From the IMG/VR virus record IMGVR_UViG_3300047554_000854, positions 1 through 53,918 of that record: 53,918 bases of DNA, one strand, 5' to 3'. Under the pieces are notes generated by a model that worked only from the letters and a program-made list of their open reading frames with translations, was not told the origin of the DNA and did not search any database. The position numbers and the translations under genes are program-made. The stretch is from a virus (taxonomy: Duplodnaviria > Caudoviricetes). This document shows, in pieces, positions 45,091-53,918 of this stretch. Every line of letters starts with the position of its first letter. Within the stretch, counting starts at the first letter, position 1.

Positions 45091-46215
45091 ATGAGCACTA
45101 CTCCTGAAATCATTGAAACCGACGAGGTAGTCAGCGTTGACCCTGACACCTTTACCCAGGCGGAACTGAACTCGCTAATCGCTTCGGCTAACGCATCGGT
45201 GCTTCACCCTACCCGTAAGGTAAAGCGCGAGTTTGTTGACGAAGTAGTTCAGCGTACCTACATCGAGACCGAGGGTCTGTCGTTGCAGTCTCGCAACTTT
45301 GCAATTCGCAAGGCTGTGCAGAACTACATTGACCTACAGACCAAGGGTATCGTTGCCAGCGCATCGGTGAACCACTTCGACGTTCTACCTCCAGCCAACC
45401 CGTACTCGACCTCTGACACAGTCTGGTCTGAAGAGAAGGTCCGCGAGGCACGTGCTCAGTGGATTGCTGCCGAGCCTGGTATTGCTCCAGAGCACCGCTC
45501 GATTGTTGCTTCTGCCTACGCTCAGGTTCCTGGCAGCCTCGAGGCTATGCACGCAGAGGTTCGTGTTATGGCTCTCACTGCTACTGGTGCTGTTCCTGTA
45601 AAGGTCACCGAGTACAGCCAGGCAATCACAGCCAGCGGTTCTTATGACCGAGTCCCTAGCCTAGAAGAGCAGCTAGATGCATACAACCAAGCACGCTACG
45701 ACCTAATCGAAGTTGTAGACAGCCAGGTTGCCCTCACTGCTGGTGGACAGCACCTCTACGACTACCGTGGAGACCTTTCTCACCGTATTGAGCGTGGCGA
45801 CAGCCGCGAGTCCATTCTTGCTTACCTAGGACGCAGCCCACGCTTCCAGGAGAGCTTGTCGACCATGAACCTCGACCTAAGCAACGCTGACCCATACACC
45901 CAGTTCGGTCAGGAGCAGTTCCGCTTGTTCTACAACATGCTAGAGAACCTGCCTAACTCGCCAGTCCCTGTTGACTACGTAAAGCGAGCAGTAGATGCTG
46001 TTAAGTCTTACGACGTTGATGGTTCGGCTACCGATGCAATTGTTGCAGGCGCAGGCTCGGAGTTTGTTCTGAGCAAGCTTGAGAAGTCTTCTGCATGGAA
46101 AGCTGCACTGGCCGAATCTAGTGATGAGTTCATTGCTCACTACGCTGCGATTACTGACTTGGATTCGCTGCCTGTAGGGTTCCACTCGTTCGAAGATGTG
46201 CTTCCAGCCAAATAA
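45091..46215 (+). CDS. Head-module hypothetical protein with repeated [IL][TVI]A[SGT] motifs
   Basis: 374-aa ORF in the operon after the portal. Confidence 0.75.
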   Translation: MSTTPEIIETDEVVSVDPDTFTQAELNSLIASANASVLHPTRKVKREFVDEVVQRTYIETEGLSLQSRNFAIRKAVQNYIDLQTKGIVASASVNHFDVLPPANPYSTSDTVWSEEKVREARAQWIAAEPGIAPEHRSIVASAYAQVPGSLEAMHAEVRVMALTATGAVPVKVTEYSQAITASGSYDRVPSLEEQLDAYNQARYDLIEVVDSQVALTAGGQHLYDYRGDLSHRIERGDSRESILAYLGRSPRFQESLSTMNLDLSNADPYTQFGQEQFRLFYNMLENLPNSPVPVDYVKRAVDAVKSYDVDGSATDAIVAGAGSEFVLSKLEKSSAWKAALAESSDEFIAHYAAITDLDSLPVGFHSFEDVLPAK

Positions 46216-46298
46216 CCTTCTTCAAAGTTCTATACACTTTTAGTAGGTAACTTTTTTGGGATACATTTCCCTCGACGACCTTAACTGAAGGAATCTTA

Positions 46299-49200
46299 AT
46301 GTCTGACTACATGGACAATCTCTACGAGAACTTGAACGAGGAAAGCCTCGCAGCCATCACTGCCTCCCTTGGATATAACGATGGAGCTAACAAGGGCTTC
46401 TGGCGTAAGCAGCCTCGCAAGAAGTGGGGTAAGGGCAAGGGTCAGTGGATTGAGATGGGTGCGAGACTTCGTGCTCTCTTCAAGATTGAGGGACAGCTAA
46501 AGAGCATCACTGGTCGTTCTGGTGGTTCTGACGGTACTCCTGACGGCGTTCGTTTCCTTCCAGACGCAGGTCAGCCAGGTGTTGACAGCAACAAGATTTA
46601 TGGCGTAAAGACCGAGCACGTCGAAGAGATTCAGGCTACTCTTCCAGAGAACTACGTTGAGGCTCAGGGCGTTGACGTTGACCGTCAGCAGACTGGTACT
46701 GGCAGCGTTGTTTCTACTGCTAACATCCCAGACATCGAAGACATGGAGACTGCTGACGTAACTCCTGACGACATCCGCATGATTGACGAGGGTGTCAACT
46801 CTGTAGAGGGTCAGGAAGCAGAAAACTACAAGAACACTGACGAAGGTAAGCAAGTTGCTAGCCTTGACCAGGAAGCCGCAGAGGGCGTCCTTGAGACCCC
46901 AACCGAGATTCAGAACCTCCTAGACCAGGGCGGTCAGGAGATGTTTAGGGACGAGCCATCTTCGGCCGTACCGACTCCAGAAGACCTTGGTGACATTGCT
47001 GCGCCTAAGAAGTACAAGGGTCTAAAGGAAATTGCTCCTGGCGTTTTTGAGTATAAAGATGGCTCTGACCGCTACCGTATGCGCCAGGGCAAGGATGGCA
47101 GATGGAGAATTGACTCCGAAGCTAGCAACTCTGACTATGACTTCGATAGTGCTGCCGATAGAAGAGGCGCTAAAGACTCGTGGTACAAGTTGGACGGCTC
47201 GTTTGACAGCGTAGACGACGTTATGGAAAACTTCTTTGCCGTTGAGCCTATCGCCCCTAGAGGCGCTAAGAAAGCTCCAGAGGATGTTATTCCTCTTAGC
47301 GATGCTACGGACAAAGAAAAAGCCGTAACCGAACAAATTTCAAAAGCTGCTAGCGACATCGCTGCTCTCCAGATGAATGCCTCGACACGTAACGATGCTC
47401 CAGAGGCAATGAGAAAAGCTGTTGAAGGTCTAGACCTTACCGACGTTAGACCAGGATATCTAGAAAGCCTCAAGACTGTAAACGAGTCACTAGGTGAACT
47501 AGATACTCGCGTTAGCCAAAGCACTAAGTTTGAAAGAGAAAACGAAGCTAAAATTGCTGAAGCTGCTCTAGCAAAACTACAAGGTCCTGCCCAGGGTGGC
47601 GACCTAACCAGCCCTAAGACTCTCAAAGACTTCGCTGGCTTTGACGCTGTAGACCGTACTGTAGCTGACGTTGTACTCAACAGCCCATCACACTATTGGG
47701 GCGACAACGCTGACATAGAAAACTACAGCAAAGCAGAGTTTGACGCTACTGAAGCAGTCCTTAAGAAGTTCTCTGAGCTAGAAGATTCTGACCTTCCTGA
47801 CTCTGAGATGGTTCCAGAGTTTAGGGACTTTGTTCAGAACTTGGACGGTCTAGAGGGGGGCCTTCGTAGCGATATCCTATCTTCGCTTGACTACTACGAC
47901 AAAGAAAACAAGAAGAAGATTGCAGCCCTAGAACAAGCTGACGACCTAGTCCAGCGTGCCATGGATGGCGAGCCTATCAACATTGACGACGCTCTAAGAA
48001 GCCGCCCTCTAGGCGCAGATGTCGATGACGAAGACGAGTTCGACTACGACAAGGAAGAGCCTTCTGAAGAAGACCTAGCTCGACTTGAAAGTGTAGAGCC
48101 TGACTTTGATATGGACGCTGACTGGAACGACCAGCGTCGTACCGTCGATGTTGTAACACCTTACGACGTATCTCCTGGAGACTACATCCTCACCAAGGAT
48201 GGTCGAGTAGGTCTTGTTCGCGACATTGAAGAGAAAAATGATGGCGACTTCCGAGTAACTTACGTCGAGTCTGAAGATGGCGGAGAGCAGTCCTTCAACC
48301 AGCCATGGGACGGCAACATGAAGCTTGTCACCCTTGGTGTTGGTCCAGAGCCTAAGAAGGTAGACACACCTGCTCCTGCCCCAGCTAAGACTCCTGACGT
48401 AACTCCAGATGTAACTCCTGACGATGACGAAGAAGAGGTACTGGACACCCCCGCTCCAGACACCGCCAGAAGTGACTATGCCCCAGAGGACATCGAGCCT
48501 GGCGACGAGTTCTACACCAAAGACGGTTCTAAGATGCTTGGAACTGTTGTTTGGATTAGAAAGAGCTCGACTCAGCGTGGCCAGTGGGAGATGAAGATTG
48601 CTGACCCAGAGACTGGTCGCCCTATGAGCGGTACATGGCCGTTCACGCAGGGAGAGACTCTCATCAACAAGCCAAACGGTGAGAAGCAGCCTGAGCCAGA
48701 AGTAACTCCAGAACCAGAGGCAGTCGCAACACCTGAACCAGAAGTTACTCCAGAGCCAGAGGTAGTTAACCCTGAGCCAGAGCCAATTCCTCTAGTTGTT
48801 GCTGAGCCAGAGGCTCCAGCTGTAGCTATTCCTGATGCTGGTCCAGCTGTAGTACCTGCTACTAAGCGTACTAAGCCTAAGGTCGACAAGACCGAGCGCA
48901 GACTACCTGAGCCAGTCAAACCTACCGAGATGGAGACTGATGATGGTCAGTCTGAAATTTACTTTCCTCCTGGCGGCGGAGGCCTGGGCGGTCCTGATGA
49001 CCCAGAGGGTCCGAACGGTATCCGTAACGCCAAGGTAGACGTTCTTCGTGATGTAAATGGAAACGTCATTTACGAAGCCGACGAAGATGGTAACCCAATC
49101 TACGTAAACGGTAAGAAGATTCCTATGCTTGACCCTGAAGCGGTCAAGGCTCTTATTAAGAAGTTCTTCCCTAACGCAAAGATTACCCCAGATGGCTTGG

Positions 49201-50573
49201 GTATTAACATCTGGCGTCAGTCGATTGACGGCAACACCTTCGAGATGGGTATTAAGCGCACTGACGCTGGTAACCACGTTGTTGTAGTTGCAGTCACAGA
49301 CGACGCTACTGGTGAGCGTAAAGAGTACATCAGCATTGGTGACCGTAAGTCATGGCAGTCGGTATGGAACTTCCGTAAGGACGGTGGAGGTAACAGCCCA
49401 TTCGCTATTCACCGACTAATTACTGGCACAGCTAAGAGTGCTAAGTTCGGTCGTGACGACTACTCTAAGAAGCCAACCGCTCTAGAGCGTTTCCAATACT
49501 ACCGTCGTCAGAAGAGCATCACCCCTGGTGTACCTCGCTTTGCTACGGCTCAGGAATTCTTCAACGGTATCGTGAATGGTCGCGAAGAGAAGCTAAACTT
49601 CTCGCTACCTATGAACCCTAAGACTGGTATGCGTTACACAATGGATGAGTGGATGGACCCATCCAACCTCCAGGCACGTCTCGACAGCCCTACTTGGATG
49701 ACAGTTAGAGCTGCTCAAGTTGGCTCTTTGAAGAGTGCTATGGATAAGGGTCTTGCTACTGGAGACTACACCGATGCATACTTCTTGATGCTACAGATGA
49801 AGGGTCGTCTACCTCAGGACTTGAACTCGCTTGCTAATCTTCGCAACATGTTCACTGACTACTTTAAGGAGAACTTCCCTAAGGCTAGCCAGCAGAAGAT
49901 TTCTGGTGTTGTTACCTCTGTATCGAACCTCATTACTAGCGGTTTGAAGAGCCCTTCGAAGCTTGAGACCCCATACATCAGTGCTGACGGTCACACCGAA
50001 ATCAAACCTGGTATGTGGATTAAGTACAAGAACATCATGGGTAAGTGGTCTGTCGGTAAAGTTGTGGACCGCCGTCCAAGCGACGACATTGCTCGACCTA
50101 AGCAGACTCCTGATGGTGCATCGTTCCAGCACCACGACCAAGTTGTCGTTGAGTTTGCCAACGGTGAGAAAATCGACCAGATTACTTCTGAGCACCTATA
50201 CCCTCTGAAGAAGACTGACCCAGAGTACAACAACCCTACCAAGTATGAAGGTAAGCCAGAAAAGAGCGAGCGTATCGCTGAGCGTGAGGCCATTATGGGT
50301 CTTCTCTCGGAGATGTACGATGGCGATGGTGACAACGAAGGCGATGAGGATGGCGATGGCCCTACTCCGCCAGCTGGCCCATCTAAGGTCGATGACCTAG
50401 CCCCTGGTGATGGTTTCTACTCTAAGTCTGGTGACCTACTAGGCGAGGTTGTAAAGATTCAGCCAATCAACTCTGGTGGTAAGGCTGGATTTGCTATCGC
50501 CTACGTAACTCCTGAAGGTGAGACCAAGGTTGTTAAGGTTGCAGCTGGAGAACTCCGCGGCCCAAAAGCGTAG
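46299..50573 (+). CDS. Large acidic protein, probably virion-associated (1424 aa; N-terminal part of a frameshift product)
   Basis: QPR...G.WIEMG N-terminal motif, several short beta-rich modules (xPGD), PEPEVT linker repeats. Confidence 0.85.
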   Translation: MSDYMDNLYENLNEESLAAITASLGYNDGANKGFWRKQPRKKWGKGKGQWIEMGARLRALFKIEGQLKSITGRSGGSDGTPDGVRFLPDAGQPGVDSNKIYGVKTEHVEEIQATLPENYVEAQGVDVDRQQTGTGSVVSTANIPDIEDMETADVTPDDIRMIDEGVNSVEGQEAENYKNTDEGKQVASLDQEAAEGVLETPTEIQNLLDQGGQEMFRDEPSSAVPTPEDLGDIAAPKKYKGLKEIAPGVFEYKDGSDRYRMRQGKDGRWRIDSEASNSDYDFDSAADRRGAKDSWYKLDGSFDSVDDVMENFFAVEPIAPRGAKKAPEDVIPLSDATDKEKAVTEQISKAASDIAALQMNASTRNDAPEAMRKAVEGLDLTDVRPGYLESLKTVNESLGELDTRVSQSTKFERENEAKIAEAALAKLQGPAQGGDLTSPKTLKDFAGFDAVDRTVADVVLNSPSHYWGDNADIENYSKAEFDATEAVLKKFSELEDSDLPDSEMVPEFRDFVQNLDGLEGGLRSDILSSLDYYDKENKKKIAALEQADDLVQRAMDGEPINIDDALRSRPLGADVDDEDEFDYDKEEPSEEDLARLESVEPDFDMDADWNDQRRTVDVVTPYDVSPGDYILTKDGRVGLVRDIEEKNDGDFRVTYVESEDGGEQSFNQPWDGNMKLVTLGVGPEPKKVDTPAPAPAKTPDVTPDVTPDDDEEEVLDTPAPDTARSDYAPEDIEPGDEFYTKDGSKMLGTVVWIRKSSTQRGQWEMKIADPETGRPMSGTWPFTQGETLINKPNGEKQPEPEVTPEPEAVATPEPEVTPEPEVVNPEPEPIPLVVAEPEAPAVAIPDAGPAVVPATKRTKPKVDKTERRLPEPVKPTEMETDDGQSEIYFPPGGGGLGGPDDPEGPNGIRNAKVDVLRDVNGNVIYEADEDGNPIYVNGKKIPMLDPEAVKALIKKFFPNAKITPDGLGINIWRQSIDGNTFEMGIKRTDAGNHVVVVAVTDDATGERKEYISIGDRKSWQSVWNFRKDGGGNSPFAIHRLITGTAKSAKFGRDDYSKKPTALERFQYYRRQKSITPGVPRFATAQEFFNGIVNGREEKLNFSLPMNPKTGMRYTMDEWMDPSNLQARLDSPTWMTVRAAQVGSLKSAMDKGLATGDYTDAYFLMLQMKGRLPQDLNSLANLRNMFTDYFKENFPKASQQKISGVVTSVSNLITSGLKSPSKLETPYISADGHTEIKPGMWIKYKNIMGKWSVGKVVDRRPSDDIARPKQTPDGASFQHHDQVVVEFANGEKIDQITSEHLYPLKKTDPEYNNPTKYEGKPEKSERIAEREAIMGLLSEMYDGDGDNEGDEDGDGPTPPAGPSKVDDLAPGDGFYSKSGDLLGEVVKIQPINSGGKAGFAIAYVTPEGETKVVKVAAGELRGPKA

Positions 50574-50620
50574 AGGCTTCTGACTCTACGCCTCGGGCTG
50601 CCGAGGCAACCCCAGAAGCC
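50561..50620 (+). other. Putative programmed -1 frameshift signal
   Basis: C CCA AAA heptamer one codon before TAG; stem GGCTTCTG/CAGAAGCC enclosing GCCTCGG/CCGAGGC. Confidence 0.7.
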
Positions 50621-53600
50621 CCGCGTAAGACTGGACTCTTCAATGAATACTCTTCCGACCGTCTAAATCAGGCTACCGCTGAGAGCACCCCTCTCACGGA
50701 GCTGGGGTTTGACCCAGAAGAAGAGATTACCGTCTATCGTGGCGTACCCGAAGGCGCTGAAGGAATTAATCCTGGCGATTGGGTAACTGACAACAAGCAG
50801 TTGGCTCAGGACTACGCTGGCACTGGCAAGGTTGTCTCGATGAAAGTCAAGGCAAAAGACCTACTAGCTGATAAGTCATCTGGAGAAGGTGCTTACACCG
50901 AAGAGATGGTCTATCGTCCAGCTAAAGCTCTAGACAGCCTAGGCATCGACTTCCAGTCAGCAACTATGGATGCTAGCGGTACTCGCTTGCCTACTCCTGG
51001 AGCCTTCACTGGCCGCTTCCAGAAAATTATGGAAGGTGCTAAGAACTGGAAAGACGTTGCTAAGCGTCTAAAAGGTGAGACAGTAACCTACTTTGACTTC
51101 GAAACAACTGGTATCCCAGACTACGACGGTCAGAACATTACCAACGACCCAGTGCAGCTTGGCGCAGTTCAGGTTAAAGATGGAAAGATTGTAAAGCGTT
51201 TCAACGTCTACATCAATCCAGAAAGCAAACTATCTGATTGGTCAGCTAATAACCTCAAGCGTGACGTTGTAGATGAGAATGGCGACAGAGTTCTTGATGA
51301 GAACGGACGTCCAGAGTCTACGCTAGTCACTCCAGAGTGGTTGGCTCAGCAGACCAGCCAGGAACAGGCTCTGAAGGACTTCATTGAGTTCATCGGACCT
51401 AACGCTTTGCTTGGTGGTCAGAATGTCCCATTCGATGTTGAGATTCTAAAGCGCATGGCTGACAAGTTCGGCATTGACCTAGACATCGCTGGAACCATCG
51501 ACTCGAAGGACCTTGCTTCACTTCTTCCTAAGTATGACCCAGAGAAGGGAATCGACGGACCTAAGGCTCCAGACCGCAAGACTGGTGAGATTAGAGCAAC
51601 CTCTAGCCTCGGTCCAGTTGCAAACTTCCTAGGCTTTGAGCCAGCTAACTGGCACTCAGCTGATGGTGACGCGGAAGACTCCTACAACTTGGTCTCGAAG
51701 ATTATCGACCGTGCTGGTAAGGAAGGCAACGAGGACCTAAGCCTCCTCGACTTCCCTGCAATGGCAGAGCGTTACAAGCAGCGTATGGACGAGTTCAAGG
51801 CTGTTGTTTCCCCTGACAGCCCAATCACCGAGGCTCAGCAGCGTGCTCTACAGAACTTTGCTGACTCCGAATCTTTGAACGTCTCTGACAAAGCTAAGGA
51901 GGCTCTTGCTAACGCATCAACCCGTGGTGAAGCGGCAAAGGCATTAGCAGATATCCACGCTGAAGATGAAGCAGATAGAGCTAGGTCAAATCGACCTCTA
52001 GGTGCTAACCCAGAGAATGGAACCCCTGAGTCATTTGAGCCAGATTTCGATGACGAAGAGTCTGACCCTGACTTTGATGATGTAGACCTTTCTGACTTCC
52101 TAGCCGAGATTAACGAGACCCCTATCCCGCAGCCAGCACCTAAGCCAGTTGCAAAACCTGCAGCTGTTGCTGGTTCAGTCAGAGAAAAGGCCTCAGAGTT
52201 TTCAGCTAGACGCCGTCTAGGTATGAAGCGCAATGAGATTCCTAAGCTGGCTATTGATGTAGAGAATTTGACAGAACTTAGAATCCCTGGTGCTAAACCA
52301 CGTGTAAGGGCTTATGCCCCAACCAGCGAGGCAATAGAGGTTAAAGATGAGATGGTGGCTCTAGGTAGAGAGCTAGTAGACCAGTCTCTAGCCGAGGTAA
52401 CAGCCGAGCTAAAGTCAGAAGGAATTATTGACGAATCTTTCGAGACTGTAGACGAGGCAGTTCAAGCATTTAGTGCCATGAACCTAGAGGCAAACCAAGA
52501 GCTTACAGATACTCAGCGGTTGATGGTTCCGACCATTAGAACCCTGAGAATGGATGCTTTTGATGAACTTACCGCCGAGCAGCGCAAAGAGATTGCCAAC
52601 GAGCTAAACTCAAAGCTTGGTCTTGAAATGACAGAAGCTCAGGTTTTGGATTTTATGGAATCTGGCGACCCAATAGAAATAAAAGACAAGAGCGAATACA
52701 ACAGCATTTGGGATACAGAGAAGCTTTCCGAGGAGCAGCTGGAGGCCAACAAGCTCATCAACGTTAAGCGTAGAGCTGTCAGAGAAAAAATTGAAGACTT
52801 GATTAATGAGAAAGTCTTTAAAACTCCTGTTGGCGATTACAAACTAACCGACAATGAGTGGGGGATTGTCAGGGAACTGCATCTAAAAGAGTTAGCTGGC
52901 ATTGTAGCTCTACAAAAGAGCGATGAAAAGCTTGCTCAGATTCAGAAATTAGCTGACTCCATGAATGAACTAGGGAAAACTAGAAGAAAATTTGACCCTG
53001 ACACCTTAACCAAAGAGATAAACAAACGCCTTCGCGATAAGGCAATGAAGACGCTTAAGGATAATGGATTTAAGTTTGACTCGGTACCACTAAGCGCGTG
53101 GGATGGAGTATTAATCTCTTCTGGCAGTGGACGTAAACCTATTAGCGAGCGAAGCGCTCTAGGTAAGATGTTGCTTGAAGCTTTCCAGTATGTCCCGCAG
53201 AATGTGCTCCTTGCGTCTATTGACATGTTGAAGCTAAATAAACGTAAGCTGACCATTAGGCAGACTAAACCACATGTTCGCGCTCATTTCATGGAACGTG
53301 ACCTCCTAATTAGAGGCGGAACTGCTGACTTTTTGCTACATGAGTTCTGGCACTTTGTCCAATCTGGTAATAAAAATATTCGTGCCCTCGAACACGCATG
53401 GCTTTATGGGAGAATGGCAGATAAAGACGGACAGCTTCCTGGTCTTATTGCAACTGGAGCTTCGAGCGCCGAGCAAGCTTTTGCTGTTAACGGATTGAAC
53501 GAAACATACATTTCTAAGCAGTACGAGGATTTCCGCAGCGGATGGGCCTTTTTCCACCCAAAGAACTCTGCCACCGAGGTAACTACTACATTGATGCAGG

Positions 53601-53857
53601 ACTTGTTTACTGATGTTGGAAGATACTCAAAGCCAAAGGGAAGAACGGCAAAGACAGGTAATGGCCCTAGTACTAAGGTCTATGAGGACCCTTACTACGA
53701 TGAGGCAACTGGCATCTGGTATGCTGACAGTACCAAACAAACAGTAATCCAGCCTAGACTTGTCTATGGTCGCGATGCCTCTCAGGGCATAGACTATGAC
53801 TTCAAAGCTTTTGGATTCGGTCTGCTTATGGCACTACACGACTGGGATGCAAAATGA
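50561..53857 (+). CDS. -1-frame extension: ART-like domain, DEDDh 3'-5' exonuclease and HExxH region
   Basis: Frame open from 50537 with no ATG/GTG/TTG before 50801; ITVYRGVP..INPGDWVT; YFDFETTG, GQNVPFD, HSADGDA; LLHEFWH. Confidence 0.8.
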   Translation, partial: PKSVEASDSTPRAAEATPEAPRKTGLFNEYSSDRLNQATAESTPLTELGFDPEEEITVYRGVPEGAEGINPGDWVTDNKQLAQDYAGTGKVVSMKVKAKDLLADKSSGEGAYTEEMVYRPAKALDSLGIDFQSATMDASGTRLPTPGAFTGRFQKIMEGAKNWKDVAKRLKGETVTYFDFETTGIPDYDGQNITNDPVQLGAVQVKDGKIVKRFNVYINPESKLSDWSANNLKRDVVDENGDRVLDENGRPESTLVTPEWLAQQTSQEQALKDFIEFIGPNALLGGQNVPFDVEILKRMADKFGIDLDIAGTIDSKDLASLLPKYDPEKGIDGPKAPDRKTGEIRATSSLGPVANFLGFEPANWHSADGDAEDSYNLVSKIIDRAGKEGNEDLSLLDFPAMAERYKQRMDEFKAVVSPDSPITEAQQRALQNFADSESLNVSDKAKEALANASTRGEAAKALADIHAEDEADRARSNRPLGANPENGTPESFEPDFDDEESDPDFDDVDLSDFLAEINETPIPQPAPKPVAKPAAVAGSVREKASEFSARRRLGMKRNEIPKLAIDVENLTELRIPGAKPRVRAYAPTSEAIEVKDEMVALGRELVDQSLAEVTAELKSEGIIDESFETVDEAVQAFSAMNLEANQELTDTQRLMVPTIRTLRMDAFDELTAEQRKEIANELNSKLGLEMTEAQVLDFMESGDPIEIKDKSEYNSIWDTEKLSEEQLEANKLINVKRRAVREKIEDLINEKVFKTPVGDYKLTDNEWGIVRELHLKELAGIVALQKSDEKLAQIQKLADSMNELGKTRRKFDPDTLTKEINKRLRDKAMKTLKDNGFKFDSVPLSAWDGVLISSGSGRKPISERSALGKMLLEAFQYVPQNVLLASIDMLKLNKRKLTIRQTKPHVRAHFMERDLLIRGGTADFLLHEFWHFVQSGNKNIRALEHAWLYGRMADKDGQLPGLIATGASSAEQAFAVNGLNETYISKQYEDFRSGWAFFHPKNSATEVTTTLMQDLFTDVGRYSKPKGRTAKTGNGPSTKVYEDPYYDEATGIWYADSTKQTVIQPRLVYGRDASQGIDYDFKAFGFGLLMALHDWDAK

Positions 53858-53918
53858 GTATATTAGATAGCTACGAATACGGAATCAATTCAACCAGTGC
53901 AGGCTTCTCTAAGTTGGA
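53854..53918 (+). CDS. Start of next gene (truncated by window end)
   Basis: ATGA overlap, open to the end of the window. Confidence 0.55.
   Translation, partial: MSILDSYEYGINSTSAGFSKL

Noticed and set aside
48690-48790. PEPEVT-coding repeats as a DNA repeat element
   Set aside because: Synonymous variation shows a protein-level linker repeat
50801-50803. TTG 50801 (or CTG 50702) as the true start of the last large ORF
   Set aside because: No convincing RBS, and TTG 50801 falls inside a recognisable domain; a frameshift explains the layout better, though independent initiation is not excluded

Overview
This window is part of a large tailed dsDNA phage genome, with essentially all real genes on the + strand. 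The host is probably actinobacterial (inference from a ClgR-like regulator, an actinobacterial-type SSB, GAAAGG-type RBSs, many leaderless genes and a DUF1360-like gene beside the portal). There are three zones. (1) 0.5-5.6 kb: small Cys-rich proteins, an HTH protein, a possible small terminase and a CHAP-like protein. (2) 5.7-36.6 kb: about 45 one- or few-gene expression cassettes. Most read terminator - invariant 14-mer GTATTCGTTTTTTC (box A, 43 copies found by eye) - sigma-70-type promoter - 5' hairpin - GAAAGGG RBS - small gene. Box A lies at helically phased distances from the -35. This zone also holds hairpins and a stand-alone sRNA whose loops are complementary to the phage's own RBSs, two larger structured ncRNA candidates, five perfect DnaA boxes, and a terminal iteron-like array. 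(3) 36.7-53.9 kb: two paralogous double-HTH regulators, NlpC/P60, TerL, portal, Dps and head-associated proteins. It ends with a giant gene that appears to be extended by a -1 frameshift (CCCAAAA) into a ~2,519-aa protein with ART-like, DEDDh exonuclease and HExxH regions. All counts and coordinates were read by eye, no database searches were run, and family calls are from motif recognition.
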